Positions 47,639 through 60,774 of a DNA stretch of 64,000 nt are shown here, piece by piece (the first letter of the stretch is position 1; each line of letters begins with the position of its first letter). Origin of the DNA: Escherichia coli (GTDB lineage: Bacteria; Pseudomonadota; Gammaproteobacteria; Enterobacterales; Enterobacteriaceae); NCBI RefSeq assembly GCF_003334385.1, contig NZ_QOWN01000010.1. The stretch is one strand, 5' to 3'. The position numbers were made by a program, and so were the translations under genes. Under the pieces are notes generated by a model. That model saw only the letters and a list, made by a program, of their open reading frames with translations. It did no database searches and was not told the DNA's origin.

Positions 47639-49693
47639 ATGGAACTGAAAGCGACAACGCTTGGAAAACGTCTGGCACAGCACCCTTACGATCGGGCGGT
47701 GATCCTCAATGCCGGGATTAAAGTCTCCGGCGATCGCCACGAATACCTTATTCCTTTCAATCAATTACTGGCGATTCACTGTAAGCGCGGTCTGGTATGG
47801 GGCGAGCTGGAATTTGTACTGCCGGACGAAAAAGTGGTGCGTCTGCACGGCACCGAATGGGGCGAGACGCAGCGTTTTTACCATCATCTTGATGCTCACT
47901 GGCGGCGGTGGAGTGGCGAGATGAGCGAAATTGCGTCTGGTGTTTTACGCCAGCAACTGGATTTGATTGCCACGCGCACTGGGGAAAATAAATGGCTGAC
48001 GCGTGAGCAAACCTCTGGCGTGCAGCAACAAATCCGCCAGGCTTTGTCGGCGTTGCCGTTGCCGGTTAACCGACTGGAAGAATTCGATAACTGCCGTGAG
48101 GCGTGGCGTAAATGTCAGGCCTGGTTGAAAGATATTGAAAGCGCTCGGTTGCAGCATAACCAGGCGTATACCGAAGCCATGCTTACCGAGTATGCGGATT
48201 TTTTCCGCCAGGTCGAGTCTTCACCGCTGAATCCGGCGCAGGCCCGGGCAGTCGTTAATGGCGAGCATTCTCTGTTAGTGCTGGCAGGTGCAGGAAGCGG
48301 AAAAACGTCGGTGCTGGTGGCCCGTGCAGGCTGGTTGCTGGCGCGTGGTGAAGCGTCCCCTGAGCAAATTTTATTGCTGGCGTTTGGTCGCAAAGCCGCT
48401 GAAGAGATGGACGAGCGGATTCGCGAACGGCTACATACCGAAGACATTACCGCACGCACGTTTCATGCGCTGGCGCTGCATATTATTCAGCAGGGCAGCA
48501 AAAAAGTTCCGATAGTCAGCAAACTGGAAAATGATACCGCTGCCCGTCATGAACTCGTTATTGCTGAGTGGCGCAAGCAATGCAGCGAAAAGAAAGCGCA
48601 GGCGAAGGGCTGGCGGCAATGGCTGACGGAAGAAATGCAGTGGTCAGTGCCAGAAGGTAACTTCTGGGATGATGAAAAATTACAGCGTCGCCTTGCCTCT
48701 CGCCTCGATCGCTGGGTAAGTCTGATGCGGATGCACGGTGGTGCACAGGCAGAAATGATTGCCAGTGCACCCGAAGAGATTCGCGATCTGTTCAGTAAAC
48801 GTATCAAGTTGATGGCCCCGTTATTAAAAGCCTGGAAAGGTGCGCTGAAGGCAGAAAACGCTGTCGATTTTTCGGGCCTTATTCATCAGGCGATTGTGAT
48901 TCTGGAGAAAGGTCGCTTTATCAGCCCGTGGAAGCATATTCTGGTTGATGAATTTCAGGATATCTCGCCGCAGCGGGCAGCGTTGTTAGCGGCATTACGC
49001 AAGCAAAACAGTCAGACGACGTTGTTCGCTGTTGGTGATGACTGGCAGGCGATTTACCGATTCAGCGGTGCGCAAATGTCGCTCACCACCGCTTTCCATG
49101 AAAACTTTGGTGAAGGCGAACGCTGTGATTTAGACACGACTTACCGTTTTAACAGTCGTATCGGTGAGGTGGCAAACCGGTTTATTCAGCAGAACCCAGG
49201 CCAGCTGAAAAAGCCGCTAAACAGCTTAACCAATGGAGACAAAAAAGCCGTCACGTTATTGGATGAGAGTCAACTTGACGCTTTGCTGGATAAGCTCTCT
49301 GGTTATGCCAAACCGGAAGAGCGCATTCTGATCCTGGCGCGTTACCATCACATGAGGCCTGCCAGCCTGGAAAAAGCGGCAACACGCTGGCCGAAGTTGC
49401 AAATCGACTTTATGACCATTCATGCCAGCAAAGGGCAACAGGCGGATTACGTCATCATCGTTGGCTTGCAGGAGGGAAGTGATGGTTTTCCGGCTGCGGC
49501 GCGGGAGTCGATTATGGAAGAGGCGCTACTGCCACCGGTTGAGGATTTCCCGGACGCTGAAGAACGGCGGTTAATGTACGTGGCGCTGACCCGGGCACGC
49601 CATCGGGTATGGGCACTGTTTAACAAAGAGAATCCCTCTCCCTTTGTGGAAATACTGAAAAATCTGGATGTGCCGGTGGCGAGAAAACCGTAA
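47639..49693 (+). CDS. helD: DNA helicase IV (HelD), 684 aa
   Basis: ORF 47546..49693; start chosen at MELKATTLGKRLAQHPYD (ATG at 47639); UvrD-like motifs including AGAGSGKT. Confidence 0.94.
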   Translation: MELKATTLGKRLAQHPYDRAVILNAGIKVSGDRHEYLIPFNQLLAIHCKRGLVWGELEFVLPDEKVVRLHGTEWGETQRFYHHLDAHWRRWSGEMSEIASGVLRQQLDLIATRTGENKWLTREQTSGVQQQIRQALSALPLPVNRLEEFDNCREAWRKCQAWLKDIESARLQHNQAYTEAMLTEYADFFRQVESSPLNPAQARAVVNGEHSLLVLAGAGSGKTSVLVARAGWLLARGEASPEQILLLAFGRKAAEEMDERIRERLHTEDITARTFHALALHIIQQGSKKVPIVSKLENDTAARHELVIAEWRKQCSEKKAQAKGWRQWLTEEMQWSVPEGNFWDDEKLQRRLASRLDRWVSLMRMHGGAQAEMIASAPEEIRDLFSKRIKLMAPLLKAWKGALKAENAVDFSGLIHQAIVILEKGRFISPWKHILVDEFQDISPQRAALLAALRKQNSQTTLFAVGDDWQAIYRFSGAQMSLTTAFHENFGEGERCDLDTTYRFNSRIGEVANRFIQQNPGQLKKPLNSLTNGDKKAVTLLDESQLDALLDKLSGYAKPEERILILARYHHMRPASLEKAATRWPKLQIDFMTIHASKGQQADYVIIVGLQEGSDGFPAAARESIMEEALLPPVEDFPDAEERRLMYVALTRARHRVWALFNKENPSPFVEILKNLDVPVARKP

Positions 49694-49697
49694 GAAA

Positions 49698-49717
49698 CAG
49701 GTGGCGTTTGCCACCTG
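49698..49717. terminator. Hairpin between convergent helD and mgsA
   Basis: Stem CAGGTGGC/GCCACCTG with loop GTTT; weak U-tracts. Confidence 0.4.
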
Positions 49718-49724
49718 TGCAATA

Positions 49725-50183
49725 TTACTTCAGACGGTCCGCGAGATAACGCTGATAATCGGGGATCAGAATATCGACCGCGTCGTTGAAATGCGGCGAC
49801 TGGATTATGAAGTCTGCCGTTGCCACGTTGGTGGCGACCGGAATGTTCCATACCGTCGCCAGACGCAGCAAGGCTTTCACGTCAGGATCGTGCGGCACGG
49901 CATTTAGTGGATCCCAGAAGAAAATCAATACATCAATTTTCCCTTCTGAGATCAATGCGCCAACCTGCTGGTCACCCCCCATTGGGCCACTCAACATCGC
50001 GTTGACGTTCATGCCGGTCGCGCGGGAAATTAAGTTACCGGTAGTGCCTGTTGCATACAGTACGTGTTGTTCCAGTAACGGTTGATGCCGTTCCACCCAG
50101 CTCATCAGCATTTGTTTGCAGTGATCGTGTGCCACCAGCGCAATATGTTTCCGCGCAGGTAAAGTGCGAGTCGTCAGTTCCAT
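49725..50183 (-). CDS. mgsA: Methylglyoxal synthase MgsA, 152 aa
   Basis: ORF 49725..50192; start chosen at [20 protein letters not shown] (CAT at 50181-50183). Confidence 0.95.
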
Positions 50184-50278
50184 AATGTACATCCGTAGTT
50201 AACTTTCCTACAGATTACTGTAAGCACTTATCGCTGCAAGATAAAGACCGAAAAAGCCTGCGCACAGGCACAAAAATC

Positions 50279-50941
50279 TCAGGAAGATGGTTGTTTTTCC
50301 GCCCACTGCAGGAAAGTATTTCGCGTTTGTGGGTCAGCCAGTTTAAACCAATACTTCAGCCGTTGTTCTGTGAGCACCTGAGACTGCGGTGGAATAGCAT
50401 CCAGCTCGGAAACACCCGAAAGCAGCGTACTGTCATCTGCCATCATCGTGGCAAATTGCGGTAGTGAAGCGCGTTTCGCGGATTTGTTATAGCGTTCAAC
50501 CTCGACCTCATAATCAATCGTTTTTGCCGTTGAGGTAATGGCGAGAATATCCAGCTTTACCGGAATCGGCGTCGCATCGCCATCCAACAATTCAAGGCGC
50601 GGCGCGGCATCAAAATGGTTAGCTTCCCGCTCATTCTCCAGGCGAGGCAGGCGAAAATTGACCTGGTTGATGAGCTGGGTATTAAAACTGACCACCAGCG
50701 GTGGGGAGATATACAGCCGTTCTTCACTATTGGAAAGATGAATCGTCTTCTCAACGCGAAACACTAACTGATGCGGTCCATTATCCAGTTCAATGCTGTC
50801 CGCACCGCGCAGCAGAGAGCTGGAAACCTTCTTGCCGTCGAGTACCAGAAGATCGACATCGGTTGAAAGCCGCAGCGTGGTGGCAAAAACGGATACCGGC
50901 AAACATAATGCAATCAAGGTGGTCACGATGCCGGTTTTCAT
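50279..50941 (-). CDS. yccT: Periplasmic protein YccT (DUF2057), 220 aa
   Basis: ORF 220 aa with a signal peptide. Confidence 0.92.
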
Positions 50942-51113
50942 AGGTAGCTCCTGTCAAAAGACCGCCCGAATAATAATGTGTCAAAATTTTTCTTTAATCA
51001 TACTTACTAACATATAGACATATTTCCCGCTTTTGCTCTCATTCATTCGTATTAGCTGCATGGTTGGCATGTCGGCTTTGTCGTACACTTTGTTAAACAG
51101 TCTGGAGGAAATA

Positions 51114-51527
51114 ATGAAAGAAACCGATATTGCAGGCATTTTAACGTCCACTCACACCATTGCGCTGGTGGGGGCAAGCGACAAACCCGATCGTCCCAGC
51201 TATCGCGTGATGAAATATCTACTCGACCAGGGGTATCACGTCATTCCGGTTTCGCCAAAAGTTGCCGGCAAAACGCTGCTGGGCCAGAAGGGGTATGGCA
51301 CGCTGGCAGACGTTCCGGAAAAAGTCGATATGGTCGATGTTTTCCGTAATTCAGAAGCGGCGTGGGGCGTGGCACAGGAAGCTATTGCCATTGGCGCGAA
51401 AACCCTCTGGATGCAACTGGGGGTGATTAATGAGCAAGCGGCAGTACTGGCACGGGATGCCGGGTTAAATGTGGTGATGGATCGCTGCCCGGCTATTGAG
51501 ATCCCTCGCCTGGGCCTGGCCAAATAA
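51114..51527 (+). CDS. yccU: CoA-binding domain protein YccU, 137 aa
   Basis: ORF 51033..51527; start chosen at [22 protein letters not shown] (ATG at 51114, after GGAGGAA). Confidence 0.9.
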   Translation: MKETDIAGILTSTHTIALVGASDKPDRPSYRVMKYLLDQGYHVIPVSPKVAGKTLLGQKGYGTLADVPEKVDMVDVFRNSEAAWGVAQEAIAIGAKTLWMQLGVINEQAAVLARDAGLNVVMDRCPAIEIPRLGLAK

Positions 51528-51566
51528 AAAATCCCCGGAAGGCAAAAACCTTCCGGGGATTTGTTC
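51526..51566. terminator. Bidirectional rho-independent terminator (yccU / hspQ)
   Basis: AAAAA - ATCCCCGGAAGG CAAAAA CCTTCCGGGGAT - TTGTTC. Confidence 0.7.
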
Positions 51567-51571
51567 AGGGA

Positions 51572-51946
<375 letters not shown>

Positions 51947-53137
51947 TTACATGACGCGACAGGCAAACCCTTTCAGATATAGCCCTTCCGGATAGGTAGC
52001 GATCACCGGATGATCGGCTGCCTGACGGAACTGCTCTATAAATTGTACATCACGACCGGCATCAATTGCGGCATCCGCGATGATTTTCTGAAATAAATCG
52101 CTGGTCATCAGACCGGAACAGGAGAAAGTCAGGAGAATACCGCCTTCATTCAGCAGCTGAATCGCCAGCATGTTGATGTCTTTATAACCACGACACGCGC
52201 CCATCAACTGGCTTTTATTCTCAACAAACTTCGGCGGGTCCATCACGATAACGTCAAATTTTTCACCGCGATCGCGATAAGTACGCAGCAATTTAAAGAC
52301 ATCATCACGGACAAACTCAGCCTTGCTCAGATCCAGTTTGTTCAGCTCAACGTTCTGCCGTGCAATATCCAGCGCTTCCTGGGAGGTATCAACGCTGACA
52401 ACCTGGCTGCAACCGCCCATCAGTGCCGATACGGCGAAACCACCGGTATAGGAGAAACAGTTCAGCACACGTTTATTTTCAACGTAGCGGCGGGTAGCCA
52501 GGCGGCTATCACGCTGGTCCAGGTAGTAGCCCGTTTTGTGTCCGTGCTGAATATCCACCAGCAGTTTCATTCCGTGTTCTTCAATCGGCAGCAGGGCAGG
52601 TGGCAACTCGCCGGTGACGGGGCCCTGGGTCAGCTCCATTCCTTCTTTTTTACGTACCGCGACGTCGCTGCGATCGTAAATCGAACATTCCGGGTACAGC
52701 GTTTGCAGGGCACTAATTAATGCCGCGCGCTGATATTCTGCCCCAGCACTCAGCAGTTGCAGCACCAGAAAATTACCGAAACGATCGATAGTAATACCCG
52801 GCAGGCCATCAGATTCTCCGGCGATTAAACGATAGCTGTCGAGGCCATCTTTTTGCGCCAGCCAGTCACGCCATTTTTGTGCTTGTTGCAAACGGCGGGA
52901 AAAAAAAGCAATGTCGATAGACTCAGACGGGTCAAACGTCCAGACGCGCGCCCGGATTTGCGAAGCTGGCGAATAAGCGCCGCGTGCTAACCATTTTCCC
53001 TGATGATCAACAATATCGATGGTTTCACCGAGGCTGGCTTTACCTTCCATGCGGGCAACGGCCCCGGAAAAGACCCACGGATGGCGACGAAGTAATGATT
53101 TTTCGCGCCCTTTGGCTAACACTAAACGTACACTCAT
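51947..53137 (-). CDS. rlmI: 23S rRNA m5C1962 methyltransferase RlmI (YccW), 396 aa
   Basis: ORF 396 aa beginning [23 protein letters not shown]. Confidence 0.95.
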
Positions 53138-53231
53138 AATTTACTTTTCTGTCGATGCAAAGAAATGGGCGTCATTGTCCGGAGTTTTCCATGGATTTGC
53201 AACGCGTCCATTAAGGATAAGGAGAGCAGCA

Positions 53232-53510
53232 ATGTCGAAAGTCTGCATAATTGCCTGGGTTTACGGGCGAGTTCAGGGCGTAGGATTTCGCTACACCACA
53301 CAGTACGAAGCGAAAAGACTGGGTTTAACCGGGTACGCCAAAAATCTTGACGATGGCAGCGTGGAAGTGGTTGCTTGCGGTGAAGAAGGGCAGGTGGAAA
53401 AATTAATGCAGTGGTTAAAGAGTGGCGGCCCGCGTTCTGCGCGTGTAGAACGGGTGCTCAGCGAGCCGCATCATCCCTCGGGGGAATTAACCGATTTTCG
53501 TATCCGTTAA
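53232..53510 (+). CDS. yccX: Acylphosphatase YccX (AcyP), 92 aa
   Basis: Start chosen at [21 protein letters not shown] inside ORF 53019..53510; acylphosphatase signature VQGVGFR. Confidence 0.92.
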
Positions 53511-53836
53511 ATACATTTTACCGGTTTTGGCAGGCCAGCAATTTTGGTGGCTTGCTTAGCCGGACCTTTCGGAAACAGTCGGTATAAATAGCGGCTGTTA
53601 CCTTTTTCTTCGCCAAATTTATTCGCCATCGCTTTTACCAGCATACGAATCGCCGGAGAAGTATTGAATTCCAGATAGAAATCACGCACAAAACGCACCA
53701 CTTCCCAGTGTTCCGGTGACAGCGAAATCCCTTCGTTCTCTGCAATCACCACAGCCAGCGGCTCACTCCACTGGCTGCTTTCTTTGAGATAGCCTTCGGT
53801 ATCCGTTTCTATCTCTTTACCTTCGAAGATCAGCAT
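53507..53836 (-). CDS. tusE: Sulfur-relay protein TusE (YccK), 109 aa
   Basis: ORF 53507..53893; start chosen at [17 protein letters not shown]; C-terminal ...PKPVKCI with a conserved Cys. Confidence 0.92.
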
Positions 53837-53926
53837 AATTATTACTACCTTAATCAGACTGGCGGCAGTGTAACAAAAAACAAAGCCCCGCATAAAGCGA
53901 GGCTATGAAAGTGTTAGCGGGTGAGA

Positions 53927-54586
53927 TTAATCGCGGCTAGCGAAGCCCAGAATGCTCAGCAGGCTGACGAAGATGTTGTACAGCGAAACATACAGGCTAA
54001 CCGTGGCACGAATATAGTTCGTCTCACCGCCATGAATGATGTTGCTGGTTTCAAACAAGATAGCGCCAGAGGAGATCAGAATGAAGACCGCGCTGATCGC
54101 CAGATGCAGAGCAGGCAGCTGCAGGAAGATATTCGCAACCATACCAATCAGCACCACCACAATACCCGCCATCAGCATACCGCCGAGGAACGACATATCT
54201 TTGCGGGTGGTCAGCACATATGCAGAGCAGCAGAAGAACACTAACGCCGTTCCGCCCAGTGCCATAGCGATTACGTCACCCATTCCGGCAGACAGATAGG
54301 TGTTCAGAATAGGTCCGAGGATATAACCCAGAAAACCGGTAAAGGCGAATGCGGAGATAATCCCGGTCGGCTTATTCGCCGTTTTATAGGTCAGGAACAT
54401 CAAACCATACATACCCACCAGCGTCAGAATCAGACCCGGAGATGGCAGCATCAGCACCGTACTGGCAGTTGCGGTAATCGCCGAAAAGGCCAGCGTCAGG
54501 CTCAGCAGAAAATAGGTATTACGCAGCACCTTATGGGTGCTAAGCAGTGATGTACGGTCATGTGAAGAACTAACAATACGATCCAT
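53927..54586 (-). CDS. yccA: BAX inhibitor-1 family membrane protein YccA, 219 aa
   Basis: ORF 219 aa; seven hydrophobic segments. Confidence 0.95.
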   Translation of the reverse strand: MDRIVSSSHDRTSLLSTHKVLRNTYFLLSLTLAFSAITATASTVLMLPSPGLILTLVGMYGLMFLTYKTANKPTGIISAFAFTGFLGYILGPILNTYLSAGMGDVIAMALGGTALVFFCCSAYVLTTRKDMSFLGGMLMAGIVVVLIGMVANIFLQLPALHLAISAVFILISSGAILFETSNIIHGGETNYIRATVSLYVSLYNIFVSLLSILGFASRD

Positions 54587-54749
54587 TGAGTCACTCTCTA
54601 TGACAGATGTAATTAATTAAGCAGCATAATGATAATGCGTAAGGGCACCCAGAAGTTTTACCCATCTTTACGCATTTGATCTGGAACAGGTTTAACAGCG
54701 GATTATCAGGTCATTAAGCAAATATAACGCCCTGAGAATTTCGACAGGC

Positions 54750-54782
54750 AAAAGAAAAAGGGGTTAGCATTTAGCTAACCCC
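54750..54782 (-). terminator. Rho-independent terminator after serT
   Basis: Stem GGGGTTAGC/GCTAACCCC followed by a U-run on the minus strand, immediately 3' of the tRNA. Confidence 0.7.
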
Positions 54783-54792
54783 TTATCTTATT

Positions 54793-54880
54793 TGGCGGAA
54801 GCGCAGAGATTCGAACTCTGGAACCCTTTCGGGTCGCCGGTTTTCAAGACCGGTGCCTTCAACCGCTCGGCCACACTTCC
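54793..54880 (-). tRNA. serT: tRNA-Ser (anticodon UGA), 88 nt with long variable arm
   Basis: Minus strand reads GGAAGTGTGGCCGAGCGGTTGAAGGCACCGGTCTTGAAAACCGGCGACCCGAAAGGGTTCCAGAGTTCGAATCTCTGCGCTTCCGCCA; anticodon loop CT-TGA-AA; encoded 3' CCA. Confidence 0.97.
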
Positions 54881-55306
54881 AGAATGACGCGCACTATAAA
54901 CATCCCGATGCGGCGTGTAAACCCCTAATTTGTTTGTTTGCCTGAAAAACAGCCAAAAGTGCATTGATAGCGTGAAATAACAGCAGATTGATCATTTCAT
55001 CACCATGAATTCCTTCTCTTTTACTCGTTTAGCAACCGGCTAAACATCCCCACCGCCCGGCCAAAAGAAAAATAGGTCCATTTTTATCGCTAAAAGATAA
55101 ATCCACACAGTTTGTATTGTTTTGTGCAAAAGTTTCACTACGCTTTATTAACAATACTTTCTGGCGACGTGCGCCAGTGCAGAAGGATGAGCTTTCGTTT
55201 TCAGCATCTCACGTGAAGCGATGGTTTGCCTTGCTACAGGGACGTCGCTTGCCGACCATAAGCGCCCGGTGTCCTGCCGGTGTCGCAAGGAGGAGAGACG
55301 TGCGAT
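54881..55306 (+). promoter_or_regulatory. hya operon control region
   Basis: 426-bp non-coding stretch between serT and hyaA; the specific regulator sites I recall from the literature are not mapped here. Confidence 0.4.
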
Positions 55307-56425
55307 ATGAATAACGAGGAAACATTTTACCAGGCCATGCGGCGTCAGGGCGTTACCCGGCGCAGCTTTCTCAAATATTGTAGTCTGGCTGCCACGTCGC
55401 TGGGATTAGGCGCGGGAATGGCACCAAAGATTGCCTGGGCGCTGGAGAACAAACCGCGCATTCCGGTGGTATGGATCCACGGTCTGGAATGCACCTGCTG
55501 TACCGAATCTTTTATCCGCTCCGCTCACCCACTGGCGAAGGACGTCATCCTTTCCCTGATTTCCCTCGATTACGACGATACTTTGATGGCTGCCGCCGGA
55601 ACCCAGGCGGAAGAAGTCTTTGAAGACATCATCACGCAATACAATGGCAAATATATCCTCGCAGTAGAAGGTAATCCGCCGCTGGGCGAGCAGGGGATGT
55701 TCTGTATCAGCAGCGGTCGACCGTTTATTGAGAAACTCAAACGTGCCGCTGCCGGAGCCAGCGCGATTATCGCCTGGGGAACCTGCGCGTCCTGGGGCTG
55801 CGTGCAGGCCGCGCGACCCAATCCGACGCAGGCAACGCCTATCGACAAAGTCATCACCGACAAACCCATTATCAAAGTACCTGGCTGCCCGCCGATCCCG
55901 GATGTGATGAGCGCCATCATTACTTACATGGTGACCTTTGATCGCTTGCCAGATGTCGACAGAATGGGCCGTCCGCTGATGTTCTATGGTCAGCGAATCC
56001 ACGATAAATGCTATCGCCGCGCCCACTTCGACGCCGGAGAGTTCGTCCAGAGTTGGGATGATGACGCTGCCCGCAAAGGTTACTGCCTGTACAAAATGGG
56101 CTGCAAAGGGCCTACCACCTATAACGCCTGTTCCTCCACACGCTGGAATGATGGCGTTTCTTTCCCAATCCAGTCTGGTCACGGCTGCCTGGGCTGTGCG
56201 GAAAATGGTTTCTGGGATCGCGGTTCGTTCTACAGCCGCGTGGTCGATATTCCGCAAATGGGTACTCATTCCACCGCCGATACCGTCGGTTTAACCGCGC
56301 TTGGCGTGGTGGCAGCGGCTGTTGGTGTGCACGCAGTCGCCAGCGCCGTTGACCAGCGCAGACGTCATAACCAGCAACCTACAGAAACCGAACATCAGCC
56401 AGGCAATGAGGATAAACAGGCATGA
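55307..56425 (+). CDS. hyaA: Hydrogenase-1 small subunit HyaA, 372 aa
   Basis: ORF 55280..56425; start chosen at [25 protein letters not shown] (Tat signal RRSFLK); FeS-cluster cysteines. Confidence 0.95.
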   Translation: MNNEETFYQAMRRQGVTRRSFLKYCSLAATSLGLGAGMAPKIAWALENKPRIPVVWIHGLECTCCTESFIRSAHPLAKDVILSLISLDYDDTLMAAAGTQAEEVFEDIITQYNGKYILAVEGNPPLGEQGMFCISSGRPFIEKLKRAAAGASAIIAWGTCASWGCVQAARPNPTQATPIDKVITDKPIIKVPGCPPIPDVMSAIITYMVTFDRLPDVDRMGRPLMFYGQRIHDKCYRRAHFDAGEFVQSWDDDAARKGYCLYKMGCKGPTTYNACSSTRWNDGVSFPIQSGHGCLGCAENGFWDRGSFYSRVVDIPQMGTHSTADTVGLTALGVVAAAVGVHAVASAVDQRRRHNQQPTETEHQPGNEDKQA

Positions 56426-58215
56426 GCACTCAGTACGAAACTCAGGGATACACCATCAATAATGCCGGACGCCGCCTGGTGGTCGACCCGATTACGCGCA
56501 TCGAAGGCCACATGCGCTGCGAAGTGAATATTAACGATCAGAATGTGATCACCAATGCCGTCTCCTGCGGCACCATGTTTCGCGGGCTGGAGATCATCCT
56601 ACAAGGGCGCGACCCGCGCGATGCGTGGGCGTTCGTTGAACGTATCTGCGGCGTCTGTACTGGCGTACACGCCCTGGCTTCGGTTTACGCCATCGAAGAT
56701 GCTATCGGTATTAAAGTGCCGGACAACGCCAATATCATCCGCAACATTATGCTGGCAACGCTCTGGTGCCACGATCATCTGGTGCACTTCTATCAGCTTG
56801 CCGGGATGGACTGGATCGATGTGTTAGATGCGCTGAAAGCCGACCCGCGGAAAACCTCCGAACTGGCGCAAAGTCTCTCCTCTTGGCCGAAATCATCCCC
56901 TGGCTATTTCTTCGACGTACAAAACCGCCTGAAAAAATTTGTTGAAGGCGGGCAGTTGGGGATCTTCCGCAATGGCTACTGGGGGCACCCGCAGTACAAA
57001 CTGCCGCCAGAAGCTAACCTGATGGGCTTTGCCCACTATCTCGAAGCTCTCGATTTCCAGCGTGAAATTGTCAAAATCCACGCGGTCTTTGGCGGTAAAA
57101 ACCCGCATCCAAACTGGATTGTCGGCGGGATGCCTTGCGCCATCAACATTGACGAAAGCGGCGCGGTCGGGGCAGTCAATATGGAACGCCTGAACCTGGT
57201 GCAGTCAATTATCACCCGCACGGCGGACTTCATTAACAACGTGATGATCCCCGACGCCTTAGCCATCGGTCAGTTCAACAAACCGTGGAGCGAAATCGGC
57301 ACTGGTCTTTCTGATAAATGCGTTCTCAGCTACGGCGCATTCCCGGATATTGCCAACGACTTTGGCGAGAAAAGTCTGCTGATGCCTGGCGGCGCGGTGA
57401 TTAACGGCGACTTCAACAATGTGCTGCCAGTGGATTTGGTTGATCCGCAGCAGGTGCAGGAGTTTGTCGACCACGCCTGGTATCGATATCCCAACGATCA
57501 GGTCGGGCGTCATCCGTTCGATGGCATCACCGACCCGTGGTACAACCCCGGCGATGTCAAAGGCAGCGATACCAACATTCAGCAGCTGAATGAACAGGAA
57601 CGCTACTCGTGGATCAAAGCGCCACGCTGGCGCGGTAACGCGATGGAAGTGGGGCCGCTGGCGCGCACGTTAATCGCTTATCACAAAGGCGATGCTGCGA
57701 CCGTTGAGTCGGTCGATCGCATGATGTCGGCGTTGAACCTGCCGCTTTCCGGTATCCAGTCAACGTTAGGCCGCATTTTGTGCCGCGCGCACGAAGCGCA
57801 GTGGGCCGCAGGTAAGTTGCAGTATTTCTTCGACAAGCTGATGACCAACCTGAAAAACGGCAATCTCGCCACTGCTTCCACGGAAAAATGGGAACCTGCA
57901 ACCTGGCCGACAGAGTGCCGTGGTGTCGGTTTTACCGAAGCGCCGCGCGGGGCGTTAGGCCACTGGGCCGCCATTCGCGATGGCAAGATTGATCTCTACC
58001 AGTGCGTGGTGCCGACCACCTGGAACGCCAGCCCGCGCGATCCCAAAGGGCAGATTGGCGCTTATGAAGCGGCGCTGATGAACACCAAAATGGCGATCCC
58101 CGAGCAACCGCTGGAGATCCTGCGTACTCTGCACAGCTTTGACCCGTGCCTCGCCTGTTCAACACACGTGCTGGGCGACGACGGTAGCGAGCTGATCTCC
58201 GTGCAGGTGCGTTAA
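56422..58215 (+). CDS. hyaB: Hydrogenase-1 large subunit HyaB, 597 aa
   Basis: ORF 597 aa; NiFe ligand motifs RICGVC near the N-terminus and DPCLAC near the C-terminus. Confidence 0.96.
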   Translation: MSTQYETQGYTINNAGRRLVVDPITRIEGHMRCEVNINDQNVITNAVSCGTMFRGLEIILQGRDPRDAWAFVERICGVCTGVHALASVYAIEDAIGIKVPDNANIIRNIMLATLWCHDHLVHFYQLAGMDWIDVLDALKADPRKTSELAQSLSSWPKSSPGYFFDVQNRLKKFVEGGQLGIFRNGYWGHPQYKLPPEANLMGFAHYLEALDFQREIVKIHAVFGGKNPHPNWIVGGMPCAINIDESGAVGAVNMERLNLVQSIITRTADFINNVMIPDALAIGQFNKPWSEIGTGLSDKCVLSYGAFPDIANDFGEKSLLMPGGAVINGDFNNVLPVDLVDPQQVQEFVDHAWYRYPNDQVGRHPFDGITDPWYNPGDVKGSDTNIQQLNEQERYSWIKAPRWRGNAMEVGPLARTLIAYHKGDAATVESVDRMMSALNLPLSGIQSTLGRILCRAHEAQWAAGKLQYFFDKLMTNLKNGNLATASTEKWEPATWPTECRGVGFTEAPRGALGHWAAIRDGKIDLYQCVVPTTWNASPRDPKGQIGAYEAALMNTKMAIPEQPLEILRTLHSFDPCLACSTHVLGDDGSELISVQVR

Positions 58216-58233
58216 CAGCGAAGGAGAATCATC

Positions 58234-58941
58234 ATGCAACAGAAAAGCGACAACGTTGTCAGCCACTATGTCTTTGAAGCGCCAGTGCGCATCTGGCACT
58301 GGTTGACGGTGTTATGCATGGCGGTGTTGATGGTCACCGGATACTTTATCGGCAAGCCGCTACCTTCCGTCAGCGGCGAGGCGACGTATCTGTTCTATAT
58401 GGGCTACATCAGGTTAATTCACTTCAGCGCCGGGATGGTTTTTACCGTGGTTTTGCTGATGCGGATCTACTGGGCTTTTGTTGGCAATCGATACTCCCGC
58501 GAGCTGTTTATCGTGCCGGTATGGCGTAAAAGCTGGTGGCAGGGCGTGTGGTATGAAATCCGCTGGTATCTGTTTCTGGCAAAACGTCCGAGTGCCGATA
58601 TAGGCCATAATCCCATCGCCCAGGCGGCGATGTTCGGCTATTTCCTGATGTCGGTCTTTATGATCATCACTGGTTTTGCGCTGTACAGCGAACACAGCCA
58701 GTACGCTATTTTTGCGCCGTTCCGTTATGTGGTGGAATTTTTCTACTGGACGGGTGGCAACTCAATGGACATTCACAGCTGGCATCGGCTGGGGATGTGG
58801 CTGATTGGCGCGTTTGTGATCGGTCATGTCTACATGGCGCTGCGTGAAGACATCATGTCCGACGACACGGTGATCTCCACCATGGTCAACGGCTACCGTA
58901 GCCACAAATTTGGCAAAATAAGTAACAAGGAGCGTTCATGA
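58234..58941 (+). CDS. hyaC: Hydrogenase-1 cytochrome b subunit HyaC, 235 aa
   Basis: ORF 235 aa; hydrophobic, with conserved His residues. Confidence 0.95.
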
Positions 58942-59525
58942 GCGAGCAACGCGTGGTGGTCATGGGGCTGGGCAACCTGCTGTGGGCCGATGAAGGCTTC
59001 GGCGTGCGGGTGGCGGAACGGCTGTATGCCCATTACCACTGGCCCGAGTATGTGGAGATTGTCGATGGCGGTACTCAGGGACTGAACTTGCTGGGGTATG
59101 TCGAAAGCGCCAGCCATCTGTTGATTCTCGATGCCATTGACTACGGGCTGGAACCTGGAACGCTGCGAACCTATGCCGGAGAACGCATTCCGGCTTATCT
59201 CAGCGCGAAGAAAATGAGCCTGCATCAGAACAGTTTCTCCGAAGTGTTGGCGCTGGCGGATATCCGCGGACATCTGCCAGCACATATTGCCCTCGTCGGT
59301 CTGCAACCCGCAATGCTCGACGACTACGGCGGTAGCCTGAGCGAACTGGCACGGGAGCAACTGCCCGCTGCGGAACAGGCGGCGCTGGCGCAGCTTGCTG
59401 CGTGGGGAATTGTGCCGCAACCGGCTAATGAATCGCGCTGTCTCAATTATGACTGTCTGTCGATGGAAAATTACGAAGGCGTTCGCTTGCGCCAGTACCG
59501 GATGACACAGGAGGAGCAGGGATGA
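58938..59525 (+). CDS. hyaD: Hydrogenase-1 maturation protease HyaD, 195 aa
   Basis: ORF 195 aa; ATGA overlap with hyaC. Confidence 0.94.
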
Positions 59526-59920
59526 GCAACGACACGCCATTTGATGCGTTGTGGCAACGAATGCTGGCGCGCGGCTGGACGCCAGTCAGTGAATCCCGTC
59601 TTGACGACTGGCTTACGCAAGCGCCAGACGGCGTGGTGTTATTAAGCAGTGACCCGAAACGCACGCCAGAGGTCAGCGATAATCCGGTAATGATTGGCGA
59701 ATTACTGCGCGAGTTTCCCGACTATACATGGCAGGTGGCGATTGCTGACCTTGAGCAGAGCGAAGCCATCGGCGATCGCTTTGGCGTCTTTCGCTTTCCT
59801 GCCACTTTAGTGTTTACCGGCGGAAACTATCGCGGCGTGCTGAATGGTATTCACCCGTGGGCGGAACTGATAAACCTGATGCGCGGGCTTGTCGAACCGC
59901 AGCAGGAGCGTGCCTCATGA
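59522..59920 (+). CDS. hyaE: Hydrogenase-1 operon protein HyaE, 132 aa
   Basis: ORF 132 aa; ATGA overlap with hyaD. Confidence 0.94.
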
Positions 59921-60774
59921 GCGAAACTTTTTTCCATCTGCTGGGGCCAGGAACGCAACCGAACGATGACAGTTTCAGCATGAATCCACTGCCGATCACC
60001 TGTCAGGTGAATGATGAACCGAGTATGGCGGCCCTGGAGCAATGTGCTCACAGCCCGCAGGTGATTGCGCTGTTAAACGAGTTACAACATCAACTAAGCG
60101 AACGCCAACCGCCGTTGGGCGAGGTGCTGGCAGTCGATCTGTTAAATCTCAACGCCGACGATCGTCACTTTATCAATACGCTTCTCGGGGAAGGGGAAGT
60201 GTCAGTGCGCATTCAGCAGGCTGACGACAGTGAAAGTGAAATACAGGAGGCGATCTTCTGCGGATTATGGCGGGTGCGCAGACGTCGCGGCGAAAAGTTG
60301 CTGGAGGACAAACTGGAGGCTGGCTGCGCGCCGCTGGCGTTGTGGCAGGCGGCAACGCAAAATCTCTTGCCGACAGATTCGCTGTTACCGCCGCCCATTG
60401 ATGGCCTGATGAATGGCCTACCGTTGGCGCATGAGTTACTGGCACATGTACGTAACCCCGACGCGCAGCCGCACAGCATTAATCTGACGCAATTACCCAT
60501 CAGCGAGGCTGATCGGCTTTTTCTCTCACGTCTCTGTGGGCCGGGAAATATTCAGATTCGTACCATTGGCTATGGCGAGAGCTATATCAACGCCACGGGG
60601 TTACGCCATGTCTGGCATTTACGCTGTACGGACACCTTAAAAGGCCCGTTACTGGAAAGTTATGAAATCTGCCCAATACCGGAAGTGGTGCTGGCAGCGC
60701 CAGAAGATTTGGTCGACTCTGCGCAGCGGCTTAGCGAGGTATGTCAGTGGCTGGCGGAAGCTGCACCGACGTAA
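59917..60774 (+). CDS. hyaF: Hydrogenase-1 operon protein HyaF, 285 aa
   Basis: ORF 59857..60774; start chosen at [18 protein letters not shown], which overlaps the hyaE stop (ATGA). Confidence 0.92.
   Translation: MSETFFHLLGPGTQPNDDSFSMNPLPITCQVNDEPSMAALEQCAHSPQVIALLNELQHQLSERQPPLGEVLAVDLLNLNADDRHFINTLLGEGEVSVRIQQADDSESEIQEAIFCGLWRVRRRRGEKLLEDKLEAGCAPLALWQAATQNLLPTDSLLPPPIDGLMNGLPLAHELLAHVRNPDAQPHSINLTQLPISEADRLFLSRLCGPGNIQIRTIGYGESYINATGLRHVWHLRCTDTLKGPLLESYEICPIPEVVLAAPEDLVDSAQRLSEVCQWLAEAAPT

Noticed and set aside
50793-51017. 74-aa ORF in the yccT-yccU divergent intergenic region
   Set aside because: It overlaps the yccT start on the opposite strand and shows no coding features. It was not called.
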